This document shows, in pieces, positions 39,812-49,613 of a DNA stretch of 64,000 bases. The notes beneath the pieces are model-generated. The model worked only from the letters and a program-made list of their open reading frames with translations, searched no databases and had not been told where the DNA came from. A program made the position numbers and the translations under genes. Positions within the stretch are counted from its first letter, which is position 1. Each line of letters starts with the position of its first letter. Source of the stretch: Candidatus Bathyarchaeia archaeon (GTDB lineage Archaea > Thermoproteota > Bathyarchaeia > Bathyarchaeales > Bathycorpusculaceae); contig JBEKHN010000001.1 of NCBI GenBank assembly GCA_050012255.1, positions 64,001 through 128,000 on the forward strand, given 5' to 3'.

Positions 39812-42634
39812 TTGGTTACGTTGAACCTGGACAAGATTTTTAATCCCAAGACCATCGCTGTGGTCGGAGCCAGTGATGAAGTGGGCTCTGTTGGATATGC
39901 ACTCATCAAGAATTTTACAGACTTGAAGTTTGAGGGAAAGATTTTCCCAGTCAACCTCCATAAGACCGAGATTCTAGGCCTCAAAGCCTACGAAAGCGTG
40001 GAGCAGATTCCTGAAACAGTTGACCTTGCCGTAATAGCCACTCCTAGCAAGACTGTCCCAGACGTGCTTGAGCAGTGTGGAAAAGCCGGAATAAACGGCG
40101 TAATCATAATTTCAGCGGGCTTCAAAGAGATCGGGCCCGAAGGCAGGGCATTGGAAGACAGGATCACCGAGATCAGGAAGAAATATGGCATGCGGATCGT
40201 GGGGCCCAACTGCCTAGGCGTCATTCGTCCGAGCATCAATCTCAACGCTACTTTCATAAGTAAGATGCCGAAACCAGGCAAAATAGCCTTCATATCACAG
40301 AGCGGTGCATTAGGCTCCGCTATCCTCGACTGGGCGATGCATGAAAACATTGGCTTCAGCAACTTCGTCTCCTTGGGTTCAATGATTGACATCGATTTTG
40401 GTGACCTAATAGACTATTTCGGCACCGACCCTAAGACAAGAAGCATCCTCATGTATATAGAAGGAATAACCGACGCTCGAGGATTCATGAGCGCGGCCAG
40501 ACACTTCGCAAGAACCAAACCGATAATTGTGGTTAAAGCTGGAAAGTTCAGCGAAAGCGCCAAAGCCGCTGCTTCCCACACAGGCTCACTGACGGGTGAG
40601 GACTTGGTATACGACAAGGCGTTCAAGCGTGCCGGAATGGTCCGCGTAGATGACATCGCTGACCTTTTCAACTGTGCCGAAGTCTTGGGCATGCAGCCTC
40701 TACCACAAGGTCCAAACCTTGCCATAATCACAAACGCAGGCGGTCCGGGAGTCATGGCGACCGACGCCCTCATAGCTCGCGGAGGAAAGCTGGCTAAACT
40801 CAGTGAAAAGACAATGGAGAAACTCAACGGCATCTTACCGCACTACTGGAGCAGAGGAAATCCAATCGACATTCTGGGAGACGCCAAGGCTGGCAGGTAC
40901 AGAGCAGTGGTCGAAGCCTGCTTGGATGACGAAAACGTCGACGGCATAGCCATAATATACACTGCTCAAGCAGTTGCTGAACCTGTTGAAGTTGCCAAGA
41001 GCATCGTGGAACTGTGTAAGAGCAGAGGTTCTCTAAACAAGACGGTCTTGACTTCTTTCATGGGTTACGGAGCCGTGGAAGAAGCAAACCGCATATTTCA
41101 CGAGAACAGCATCCCCACATACTCCACACCTGAACAAGCAATCAAAACCTATCACTACATGTACCAGTACAAACGCAACCTAGAGCTCCAGTACGAGACA
41201 CCTGAAGAACTTCCAGTTGACGTTGTCCCGCCGAAGCGGCCACTAATGGCGATAATGAGAAACGTCGCAACCGAGAACCGCGAAACAATGAATGAAGCTG
41301 AAGCCAAGACCTTCTTGGAGTACTACAATCTACCCGTCGTCAAGACAAGAGTTGCCCGAACCGAAGATGAAGCTGCCCTCTTGGCCCAGCAGATAGGCTA
41401 CCCTGTTGTGCTCAAAATCCTCTCCCCCCAGATAGTGCACAAAACGGACGCAGGCGGCGTCGTACTCGACATCAGCAACGAAGCCGAAGTTCGAACCGCT
41501 TTCAACCGTATTATGAAAGCAGCTAGAGAACACAACCCAAACGCCGAGATTCTGGGCGTCACCGTGCAACCCATGGTGAAGAAGCAAGGCTATGAAGTCA
41601 TAATTGGCGCAAAAGCCGACCCCCTGTTCGGTCCTGTGATACTGTTCGGAATGGGAGGCGTCGGCGTCGAACTGTTCAAAGATTTTGCCCTCGGAATTCC
41701 CCCGCTTAATCAAACCCTGGTTCGAAGAATGATGGAGGAGACAAAGGTCTACCAGCTTCTAAGAGATTACAGAAACGTGCCCCCAGCCAACATCAAACTC
41801 CTCGAAGAGATACTCGTGCGTTTCAGCCAGATGCTCGTGGACTTTCCACAGCTCAGGGAAGTTGACATCAATCCGCTGTTCATTAACGAGAAAGAAGCAA
41901 TTGCACTTGACGCCCGCATCGTGATCGACAGGGGCCGCGTCTTCAAGAAGCTTGAGCCTCACGAGCACCTGGTGATAACTCCTTACCCGAAAAAATACGA
42001 AACAATGTGGAAACTTCGAGACGGCCGCACAGTCATTCTGAGACCAATAAAGCCCGAGGACGAACCCTTGTGGCTGGAAATGTTCCAGAACTTTTCAGAA
42101 GAATCGATACGCTACCGCTTCTTCCAAATACTGAAGGACACGCCACACGAGACCAGAGTCCGCTACTGCAACATTGACTACGACAGAGAAATAGCCATAG
42201 TGCCAGAACTAACGGAAGACGGCCGCAGAAAAATTCTCGGAGTCGCAAGGGTCAGCATTGAACCAGACGGGAAAAAAGGCGAAATAGCCTTCATCGTTGC
42301 TGATCCATGGCAAGGTCTCGGCTTGGGCACAAAAATGGTTGATTATGCGCTTGAAATCTGCAAAGACATGAAGGTTGAAACCGTCTACGCCATAATACTT
42401 CCAGACAACTACAGAGCCATCAGCCTCATGAAGAAGATGGGCTTCACGACTGAGTACGCAGATGATGGCACGGTTAAAGCAACACTCAACTTGAGAGAGG
42501 AAGAGCAAGTTCCATGCTCAGAGAGCCAAACCGCCGAGAAGGCACAACAAGAATCTCAGGAACCACCAAGACAGGAACATGCAGAGAGAACTGACGCGTC
42601 ACAAAACGACATCTTGGAAAACGTGGAAACCTAG
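39812..42634 (+). CDS. ADP-forming acyl-CoA synthetase (alpha+beta) fused to a C-terminal GNAT (Pat/YfiQ architecture)
   Basis: VVGAS, GPNCLG, SQSGA, ASHTGSL with phospho-His, HKTDAGGV ATP-grasp, then LRPIKPED...WQGLGLGT GNAT. Confidence 0.9.
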   Translation: MVTLNLDKIFNPKTIAVVGASDEVGSVGYALIKNFTDLKFEGKIFPVNLHKTEILGLKAYESVEQIPETVDLAVIATPSKTVPDVLEQCGKAGINGVIIISAGFKEIGPEGRALEDRITEIRKKYGMRIVGPNCLGVIRPSINLNATFISKMPKPGKIAFISQSGALGSAILDWAMHENIGFSNFVSLGSMIDIDFGDLIDYFGTDPKTRSILMYIEGITDARGFMSAARHFARTKPIIVVKAGKFSESAKAAASHTGSLTGEDLVYDKAFKRAGMVRVDDIADLFNCAEVLGMQPLPQGPNLAIITNAGGPGVMATDALIARGGKLAKLSEKTMEKLNGILPHYWSRGNPIDILGDAKAGRYRAVVEACLDDENVDGIAIIYTAQAVAEPVEVAKSIVELCKSRGSLNKTVLTSFMGYGAVEEANRIFHENSIPTYSTPEQAIKTYHYMYQYKRNLELQYETPEELPVDVVPPKRPLMAIMRNVATENRETMNEAEAKTFLEYYNLPVVKTRVARTEDEAALLAQQIGYPVVLKILSPQIVHKTDAGGVVLDISNEAEVRTAFNRIMKAAREHNPNAEILGVTVQPMVKKQGYEVIIGAKADPLFGPVILFGMGGVGVELFKDFALGIPPLNQTLVRRMMEETKVYQLLRDYRNVPPANIKLLEEILVRFSQMLVDFPQLREVDINPLFINEKEAIALDARIVIDRGRVFKKLEPHEHLVITPYPKKYETMWKLRDGRTVILRPIKPEDEPLWLEMFQNFSEESIRYRFFQILKDTPHETRVRYCNIDYDREIAIVPELTEDGRRKILGVARVSIEPDGKKGEIAFIVADPWQGLGLGTKMVDYALEICKDMKVETVYAIILPDNYRAISLMKKMGFTTEYADDGTVKATLNLREEEQVPCSESQTAEKAQQESQEPPRQEHAERTDASQNDILENVET

Positions 42635-42645
42635 TTTCCCCAAAA

Positions 42646-42903
42646 CTAGTCTTCTTTTGGCAGGCTATAGACGATTTGGTTGTCTCGGTCCCCCGCAATC
42701 TGCACTTTTCCAAACGCTGTCATCGCAATCAGGTGTCTCAAAACCCTCGACTTTTCAATGCCTGTGACCTTTGAAATTTCCTCAACAGTCGATGAGTCGT
42801 GATTCTTCATCGCCTGAACTATTAGGTTTCTCTCCTTGTTGCGCTCCTGCATCTCTTTCGCTTTTTCCGGGCTTATCTTCAGTTTTTCAGACAAGCGTGC
42901 CAC
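42646..42903 (-). CDS. Small winged-helix protein, paralog of 52699-53052
   Basis: STVEEISKVTGIEKSRVLRHLIAM...G.V..AG. Confidence 0.7.
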   Translation of the reverse strand: MARLSEKLKISPEKAKEMQERNKERNLIVQAMKNHDSSTVEEISKVTGIEKSRVLRHLIAMTAFGKVQIAGDRDNQIVYSLPKED

Positions 42904-42972
42904 TTCCCTGAGAAGACTAACTCAGGTCGGCAGGCTGTATATAAAAATGATTCCGATGCGAATCAAAATCGG

Positions 42973-43332
42973 ATGTCCCTTTCTGGCGTGCAGGACATGC
43001 ATACAATTATATCTCAGATTTACGAACATTCAAGAACGGAGACTCTCTTGAGAAAAGATCTGACAGAAGTCAAGTTTGAGGAACTAAGAGGCAAATGCTT
43101 CGAGTTAATCCGCGTAGTCGAAATGCTCTGCGAGGTCTGCCAGAAACCGTTAAGCACCAAAGAAAAACTTCTCAGAAAGGTTCAGATCTCGAGCAGCGAG
43201 GACTATCAGAATCTTTTGGATCGAGCGACCGTTCACGACCGTGCTGAAGTCGATGTGGAAAAGAGCAGAATCTACTTTTACGACCACGACTTTCCCGGAG
43301 ACATACACCCAGAGTGCATAGAAAAACTGTAG
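42973..43332 (+). CDS. Hypothetical protein with a possible zinc site
   Basis: CEVC...HPEC; coding-like composition; start uncertain. Confidence 0.5.
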   Translation: MSLSGVQDMHTIISQIYEHSRTETLLRKDLTEVKFEELRGKCFELIRVVEMLCEVCQKPLSTKEKLLRKVQISSSEDYQNLLDRATVHDRAEVDVEKSRIYFYDHDFPGDIHPECIEKL

Positions 43333-43466
43333 TCAGGAGAAAGCGTTGCCGTTTGCTCCGCGCGCTAGCGTGTTCCTGAATTCTTTTGGCAAGTAGCTTG
43401 TGCTGCTCATTCTGCTCCTCAACCGTACTTGCCTCATATAGGATACCCGGGGGAAGGGTGTGAGCA

Positions 43467-43586
43467 CGCCCGGACTTAGACCCAAATGGGTTCGAGTCCG
43501 CTGCTTCAAATATCCTGTAACCAGCATTCTCTTCGTCTTAGGCCAACTGGTTCAGAGCTGCCCGTCCCCATACCCAAACGGGTTCA
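43467..43586 (+). repeat. 120-bp direct repeat, copy 1 (two hairpins)
   Basis: 114/120 identical to 49386-49505 by manual alignment. Confidence 0.92.
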
Positions 43587-43625
43587 GGGCCACCCCTACC
43601 TACGACAAGAACACTATTAAACCGG

Positions 43626-43649
43626 GTTCGAATCTCTCCCGGGCTACCA
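43626..43649 (+). other. tRNA 3'-end fragment (att-like; probably tRNA-Gln)
   Basis: GTTCGAATCTCTCCCGGGCTACCA = T-loop, 3' T-stem, acceptor 3' strand CCGGGCT, discriminator A, CCA; no 5' half upstream. Confidence 0.65.
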
Positions 43650-43913
43650 CTCTCTAGAGTTTGATTATACTAAATTCTGCTGAGGGGTTTCGCTCATTTC
43701 CCCTCTTTTTCTGTTTTTAGGAGACGATCATCCTTGAATGAGTGTAAAGTCGTTCTTGTTTTCAGAAGGTATGAAGAGTTTTGGAGGTTCTGTTTTTCAG
43801 ATTGTAGAGAGTTTAAGGTCGGTTGTGCTGAGTCTTGCAGGTTTAGGAAGGCTCTTGGGATTCTGCCTTTTCGCAAGTCGTGCGCAGGCAAGTTTAAGGG
43901 AGAAGTAAACTAG

Positions 43914-44674
43914 GTGAGAGGGAAGGATCGTTCTTCGGTTTCTGTTGATGGGGACTCTTACTGTAAGAATGGTAATAGTGTCAGCATCAGGCAATCGGTG
44001 TTTGAGAAGCTTGATGAGAATCCTTCGTTGACGGCTAAGAGTCTATGTAAGCTCTTGAATCTGTCTTACTGTAGTTACAGTAACTACTTGGCTAGGCTGA
44101 AGTGTGAGTGGAAGTATTACCGTAGGAATGAGCGGGGTTCAAAGTGTTCAATTCATGCTTGGCGTGGTTGGTGTTATGTGCCTGAGGGTGTGGATAGGGC
44201 TCGGGCTTTGGGTGTTGGGTGGGTTTGTAGTAGGGCTCGGAATCGGTGGTTGTTGTGGAAGGATCGGTTGGGTAGGCTTCAGTGGTTTGAGACGGCAGGG
44301 TTAACTTGTATGTTCGTAGGCCTGCGAATCTTGGGAGTGCCTATCAGTTTGTCTGTAACGGGTTCAGTTTTACTGGTTTGATTACTGAAGTCAAGGTGCT
44401 GGAAGGAGTTTTGGCGGGTGTGAGGTTCAAGGGGGCGCACTATGTTTTTGAAACTGAGCACCGGTTGCCAAGACCTGTTATTGACCTTTTTGCGAAGAGC
44501 AACGGCGTGGTTATCAAGGTTGGAGATGCAAGCCATCCGAATGCGGTTGAGATCGCAACGTGCTATCCGGATTGGGCAGAAAGAAATGAACGGATGTTCG
44601 AGGAGATCAAAGGGCTCTTTCGGAAAGATTTTCATGAGAAAGATTGTTTCAAGAAACCAGATTATGTAACATGA
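43914..44674 (+). pseudogene. Frameshifted hypothetical gene with an HTH-like N-terminus
   Basis: Frame ...RLQWFET continues as GRVNLYVRRPANLG...HPNAVEI...PDW in the -1 frame at about 44292-44296 (one G appears missing). Confidence 0.65.
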
Positions 44675-44709
44675 GGCTTATCTGATGAAGGCGCGCGCTA
44701 GACCAAGAG

Positions 44710-44987
44710 CTATTCATCCGCATGTCCTTCTTTCATGAGTGTTGCCAAGGTCTCTATTGTCCCTGAGATAGAAGTATAGGCAGAGTCAAGCAATTCTTCG
44801 TGATTTCCTTTTGTCTCTAGAGCCTGTAAGATAGCAAGATCGATAGCCCGCCTGACGCGCGCGTTAGAACCTTTACCTTCTTCCCCAATTCCTCAACGAA
44901 CAAATCCAGAATAGTGCTCTCTGTCGCATGACCTGTAGTCTTGAATGATCCTATACCGAAATCATTCAGTGATTTGTCAGAGGACAT
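44710..44987 (-). pseudogene. Gene remnant: N-terminal and C-terminal pieces joined out of frame at a CGCGCGCG tract
   Basis: ATG 44987 MSSDKSLNDFG...KKVKVLTRA reaches the tract at 44856-44863; a startless frame RVRRAIDLAILQALE...KEGHADE* runs from it to TAG at 44712-44710. Confidence 0.6.
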
Positions 44988-45141
44988 ACAGAGCCATTTG
45001 ATAGATATAACAAATGGATTTATTTAACAATTGATTCGCCGTCTACCGCATGCCATGAATTGTATGTATCAACCAACATTCAGAGAACGACTATTCAAGA
45101 CACTGAAGCAACCACATGAATATGATCCGGAAGAGAGAATC

Positions 45142-47877
45142 CTAGCGCGCGCTTAGCATGTCGTGTTTTCGACTTGTAAAATGCTTTCCTATTTCCAGAG
45201 AAGCAAATGCAACGGCCATAGAAGCTATCGCTGTGATCCAGTTCATGACTTGTGGGTAAGTTACGTCGAACACGCTTTGGAGTTGGGGCGTATAGAGCAC
45301 GACCAGCGTTGAGCCCAATGAAGAAAGCACTGCCAACCACAAGAACTTGTTCTTGAAGATGCCGACTTTGAAGACTGGATACTTGAGAGAACGGCAACTA
45401 ATGGCGATAGCTAACTCAACTAAAACCACTGAAGTGAACAGCTGAGTGCGCGCTTCGACCAAGTTATGATTCCCTAGCCATGGTTGAAAGTAGAAGTATC
45501 CACCTAAAAGAAGAACAGTTGTTATGATTGGACTCAACACTAAATAGGTCTTGACTTCGCGCGAAAAGACGCTCTCTTTGGGGTCTCTGGGCTTGTTTTT
45601 CATCAAATCTGGATCGCCTGGGTCTACGCCTAGTGCTATCGCGGGCAGTCCATCCGTGGCAAGGTTCACCCAGAGAATTTGGATCGTTGTAAGTGCAACT
45701 GCCGAACGAGGTTCAGGACTGACAAGCATAACGACAGACAATACAAGGATTTCCATGATGTTGCATTGAAGAAGATAGGTCAGGTATTTCTTGATGTTGC
45801 CGTATATTTCGCGTCCTTCTCTGACAGCTTTTACGATGGTTGCAAAGTTGTCGTCTGCCAAGACCATGTCAGAAGCCTCTTTCGTGACTTCTGTTCCAGT
45901 GATTCCCATAGCGACTCCTATGTCTGCAGTTTTGAGTGCTGGCGCGTCGTTTACCCCATCACCGGTCATGGCGACTACATGGCCTTTCGCTTTCCAAGCC
46001 TTTACGATCCTCATCTTATGTTCTGGCGAAACTCGAGCATAGACCACAACATTTTCAACCGTCTCGATCAACTGCTCATCGCTGATCTTTTCAAGTTCTT
46101 CACCAGTAAGAACTCTGCCCTCTGTTTCGTTTTCCTTCAGCAGAGTCAGTGCCTGGGCCACCGCTACTGCAGTCAGTTTGTGATCTCCTGTAATCATGAC
46201 GACCTTGATCCCTGCCTTTTCGCATGAGCTAATTGCATCTTTAACCTCTTCACGCGGGGGATCAATCATTCCCATTATGCCGACGAAGACGAAGTCCTTC
46301 TCGATTTCCTCATCAAATGAGCATGTGTTCTCTTGCAATTCCTTGTAAGCAAAACCCAGATTTCTCAAAGCTTGAGTCGCCATCCCTTCTGTTGCTTGCG
46401 AAAGCTCTTCACGGTCTTTGACAGTCAGTTCTTTGACTTTTCCGTCTTGTAGAATATTGTTGCAGTGCTGCAATACTATTTCCGGAGCTCCTTTCATGTA
46501 GGCCACTTTGCTGTTTCCTGATGTTTGATGAATGGTGGTCATGCGTTTTCTTTCGGAAGAAAATGGAATCTCTCCGATGCGTGGTTCTTTATTCTCAAGT
46601 TCTTCTTTCTGTAGGCCGGCTTTTGCCGCAGCCACGATCAATGCTCCTTCCGTTGGGTCGCCTTTCACAGTCCACTTTGCTTCCTTCGTCTCTAGTCCAG
46701 CGTCATTGCACAATGTCGCAATTGTGAGCAGTGTGTGCAGCCCTTTTAGTTCGATTGGATTTGAAGCTTTCCCTTCAATGAGGAATTTGCCTGTCGGCTC
46801 ATAGCCTACGCCTGTAACCTTCACTGTAATTTGATCGATGAACATGCTCTGAACGGTCATTTCGCCTTTTGTCATGGTTCCAGTTTTGTCAGAGCATATG
46901 ACACTGGTGCACCCGAGGGTTTCAACTGCAGGAAGCTTCCTTACTATCGAATGTTGCTTTGCCATTCGATACATGCCAACAGCAAGTGCTCCTGTTACAA
47001 CTGCAGGTAATGCTTCTGGAACTGCAGCTACTGCGAGGCTTACACCCCACAAGATCATCTCAAGAATTTCATGCTGCTTAATTACACCTAACACGGACAC
47101 AGCAGCGCAGACAGTAATGGCTAGGATTCCAAGCCATTTCCCAACATTTGCCATTCTTTTTTCAAGTGGCGTCTCTTCCTTGTCTGCTGCCTGAACCATT
47201 TTGGCAATTTTCCCAAATTCAGTATTCATGCCAGTCGACGTTACGACGGCTTTGCCTCGCCCATAGGTAACAGTCGTGCCGGTGAAAACAGTGTTTGTTC
47301 TTTCGGAGACAGGTGTTTCTGCAGCCACAGGCTTGGCATCCTTGTTCACGGGCATCGACTCGCCCGTTAAGGCGGCCTCGTCCATTTTCAAGTTCATGAC
47401 CTCGATGAGTCTAGAGTCAGCAGAAACCTTGTCTCCAGTATACAGCAAAAGAATGTCTCCGGGAACGATATCACTTGTTCTTGTTTTGATCTCTTTTCCG
47501 TCTCGCAAAACCGATGCTGTTGGAGCAGTCATTTTCTTCAGTGCCTCTAGAGCCCTTTCTGCTCTGTATTCCTGAGTAAATCCCAAGACTGCAACTGCTA
47601 CGACAATCGCAATTATGACTGTTGCGTCATAAGGTTCGCCTACTGCGAATGATAATGCAGTCGCCACCAGCAATATTATCACTAGCGTGTTTTTGAACTG
47701 CTCAAGGAGAAGCCTTAGTGGGGATTTTCCTTTCTCCTTTTTCAGTTCGTTAGGGCCGAATTCGACAAGACGCTTGATCGCTTCTTCTTGTCCTAGACCA
47801 GTTCTCTTCGAGTTGAGAGCACTCAAAGACTCTTCAATTTCCATTGAATGCCAAGGTTTTGGCGTATTATTCACCAC
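45142..47877 (-). CDS. P-type ATPase, type IIA (Ca2+-transporting-like)
   Basis: TGES, PEAL, DKTGT, KGAPE, TGDGVND, WVNLATDG. Confidence 0.93.
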   Translation of the reverse strand: MVNNTPKPWHSMEIEESLSALNSKRTGLGQEEAIKRLVEFGPNELKKEKGKSPLRLLLEQFKNTLVIILLVATALSFAVGEPYDATVIIAIVVAVAVLGFTQEYRAERALEALKKMTAPTASVLRDGKEIKTRTSDIVPGDILLLYTGDKVSADSRLIEVMNLKMDEAALTGESMPVNKDAKPVAAETPVSERTNTVFTGTTVTYGRGKAVVTSTGMNTEFGKIAKMVQAADKEETPLEKRMANVGKWLGILAITVCAAVSVLGVIKQHEILEMILWGVSLAVAAVPEALPAVVTGALAVGMYRMAKQHSIVRKLPAVETLGCTSVICSDKTGTMTKGEMTVQSMFIDQITVKVTGVGYEPTGKFLIEGKASNPIELKGLHTLLTIATLCNDAGLETKEAKWTVKGDPTEGALIVAAAKAGLQKEELENKEPRIGEIPFSSERKRMTTIHQTSGNSKVAYMKGAPEIVLQHCNNILQDGKVKELTVKDREELSQATEGMATQALRNLGFAYKELQENTCSFDEEIEKDFVFVGIMGMIDPPREEVKDAISSCEKAGIKVVMITGDHKLTAVAVAQALTLLKENETEGRVLTGEELEKISDEQLIETVENVVVYARVSPEHKMRIVKAWKAKGHVVAMTGDGVNDAPALKTADIGVAMGITGTEVTKEASDMVLADDNFATIVKAVREGREIYGNIKKYLTYLLQCNIMEILVLSVVMLVSPEPRSAVALTTIQILWVNLATDGLPAIALGVDPGDPDLMKNKPRDPKESVFSREVKTYLVLSPIITTVLLLGGYFYFQPWLGNHNLVEARTQLFTSVVLVELAIAISCRSLKYPVFKVGIFKNKFLWLAVLSSLGSTLVVLYTPQLQSVFDVTYPQVMNWITAIASMAVAFASLEIGKHFTSRKHDMLSAR

Positions 47878-48045
47878 ATCGGATGCGCGTCAGCGCGCGA
47901 TCATTTCAGCTTCCTAAACTCTTTCATGCTTAATCAATGTTTAGTGAGACTTCTTGAGCTCGCGCGCTTGTCATAAATTACGAAAATCGCGCGGACAATT
48001 GAAATATGTGATCATGTAACCAGTATTAAGACTGACGTTTGGAAC

Positions 48046-48945
48046 GTGACTGAGAGATTGCAGTCAAGTAGACTTGCCAAGGGTGGAGCCGTTGCGGAAA
48101 AATCTTTTGTGGTTCTGTTGCTAGTGGGTATGGCCGAAGTGTTTATTGGAATATTCTCTTTGAGTCTTGCCCTAGTTGCTGATGGTGTCCAATCCTTTGC
48201 CGATGCTGTTGTTTCGTTGATCGTTTGGGTTGGTTTACGTTTATCAGGAAAAGCGCCAGATGGTAAATTCCATTTCGGGTATTACAGAGTTGAAAACTTC
48301 AGCAGCATTATCGCCGCTTTCGTCTTGACTGTCTCGGGCGGACTGATCCTTTATGAGTCTTACCAGGGGCTGCTTTACCCTAGAGGGATAGTCAATGCAG
48401 AGATAGCTATGGCAACCGCACTCCTAGCAGCCGCTATAGCCGGGGTAATATTGTTCTTCAAAGTTCGCGCTGCCAGAAGATACGATTCTTTAGCGCTCAA
48501 GGCAGACGCGTTCAACTCAACCAAGGACGTGCTCACATCTTTGACAGCCTTTGTGGGCATAGCCTTGAGCAAATACTTGAACATCGGAGTGACAGATTCC
48601 ATTGCCGGAATAATAATCGCCTTCTTCGTTTTCACTGTTGCATACTCAGTGATAAAAGAATCTTCGTTGATCCTGATGGACGCGTGTCAATGTCCTGACA
48701 TCCTGTTGGATATAGAAAGCATAGCAAAAAGTGTCAGGAATGTTAAAGAAGTGCATGACATCCGTATGCGGAAGCTGGGACCCTACTTGGTAGGTGACAT
48801 GCACATTGTCGTTGACGGCGACATGTCGGTGAGAGAGGCCGATCAGATAGCGATACAGATAGAGGAACAAGTGAAGAAAGAGTTCGATGAAGTGACAGAA
48901 ATAAAAGTGAGAATAGAACCACCAAAGCCCTCAACTGGAGAGTGA
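48046..48945 (+). CDS. Cation diffusion facilitator (FieF-like)
   Basis: SLALVADG..S..D, PDGKFHFGY.R.E, dimerisation domain IRMRKLG. Confidence 0.88.
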   Translation: MTERLQSSRLAKGGAVAEKSFVVLLLVGMAEVFIGIFSLSLALVADGVQSFADAVVSLIVWVGLRLSGKAPDGKFHFGYYRVENFSSIIAAFVLTVSGGLILYESYQGLLYPRGIVNAEIAMATALLAAAIAGVILFFKVRAARRYDSLALKADAFNSTKDVLTSLTAFVGIALSKYLNIGVTDSIAGIIIAFFVFTVAYSVIKESSLILMDACQCPDILLDIESIAKSVRNVKEVHDIRMRKLGPYLVGDMHIVVDGDMSVREADQIAIQIEEQVKKEFDEVTEIKVRIEPPKPSTGE

Positions 48946-48951
48946 AAACGA

Positions 48952-49211
48952 CGCGCGCATTATCGCGCGCGGCTTTTACAATAAGCTATACGCTGATTTT
49001 CATAGCCTTGTATTCGAGAATGTCGGATATAATGGGTGAGAGTAAAGTGGCAATGACCTGGGCAATAGCTACGTTCAAAGACTTAGGCTATACGATTGGT
49101 CCATTAGTGGCTGGCATGTTGATGGTTTTCATAAACATTCAGAGCACCCTATTTATCACAGGCGCGGCGTTTGTCCTCCTAGTACCAGTTGCTCTTCTCT
49201 TACATGATTGA
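48952..49211 (+). pseudogene. 3' fragment of an MFS transporter
   Basis: Only the last 2-3 TM helices (DLGYTIGPLVAGML); 5' end coincides with tandem (CG)n tracts at 48952-48971. Confidence 0.6.
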
Positions 49212-49385
49212 TTCTTGTTTTCAAAAGAGTTCTTTGTCCAAGCGCGCGCTTTTTCCCATGAGGCGTTGACGATATATCAAAACGAGGAATTAAACTGTCC
49301 AACCTCGCGAGGCGCGCGCTAAAAACGCAAAACATCTCGGTTGGGCTAATGCCTTGAAGGGTTCAGACTTCTATCGGACTAACAC

Positions 49386-49505
49386 CGCCCGGACTTAGAC
49401 CCAAATGGGTTCGAGTCCAATGCTTCAAACATCCTGTAACCAGCATTCTCTTTGTCTTAGGCCAACTGGTTCAGAGCTGCCCGTCCCCAAACCCAAATGG
49501 GTTCA
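49386..49505 (+). repeat. 120-bp direct repeat, copy 2
   Basis: Six mismatches to 43467-43586. Confidence 0.92.
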
Positions 49506-49585
49506 AGACCTAACATTCACACAATGCTTCCGATGCCGAGTTCTCTCCACTTTTTCTAGATTATCAAGCAGGTAGGGGTCGGACC

Positions 49586-49613
49586 GGACTTAACCCCATA
49601 TGGGTGCGAGTCC
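49586..49613 (+). repeat. T-arm-like hairpin, divergent copy
   Basis: GGACTTAACCCCATATGGGTGCGAGTCC versus GGACTTAGACCCAAATGGGTTCGAGTCC. Confidence 0.7.

Noticed and set aside
43440-43660. Complete tRNA gene(s) suggested by GGTTCGA motifs
   Set aside because: No D-arm, anticodon arm or 5' acceptor strand can be built; only hairpins and a 3' fragment are present
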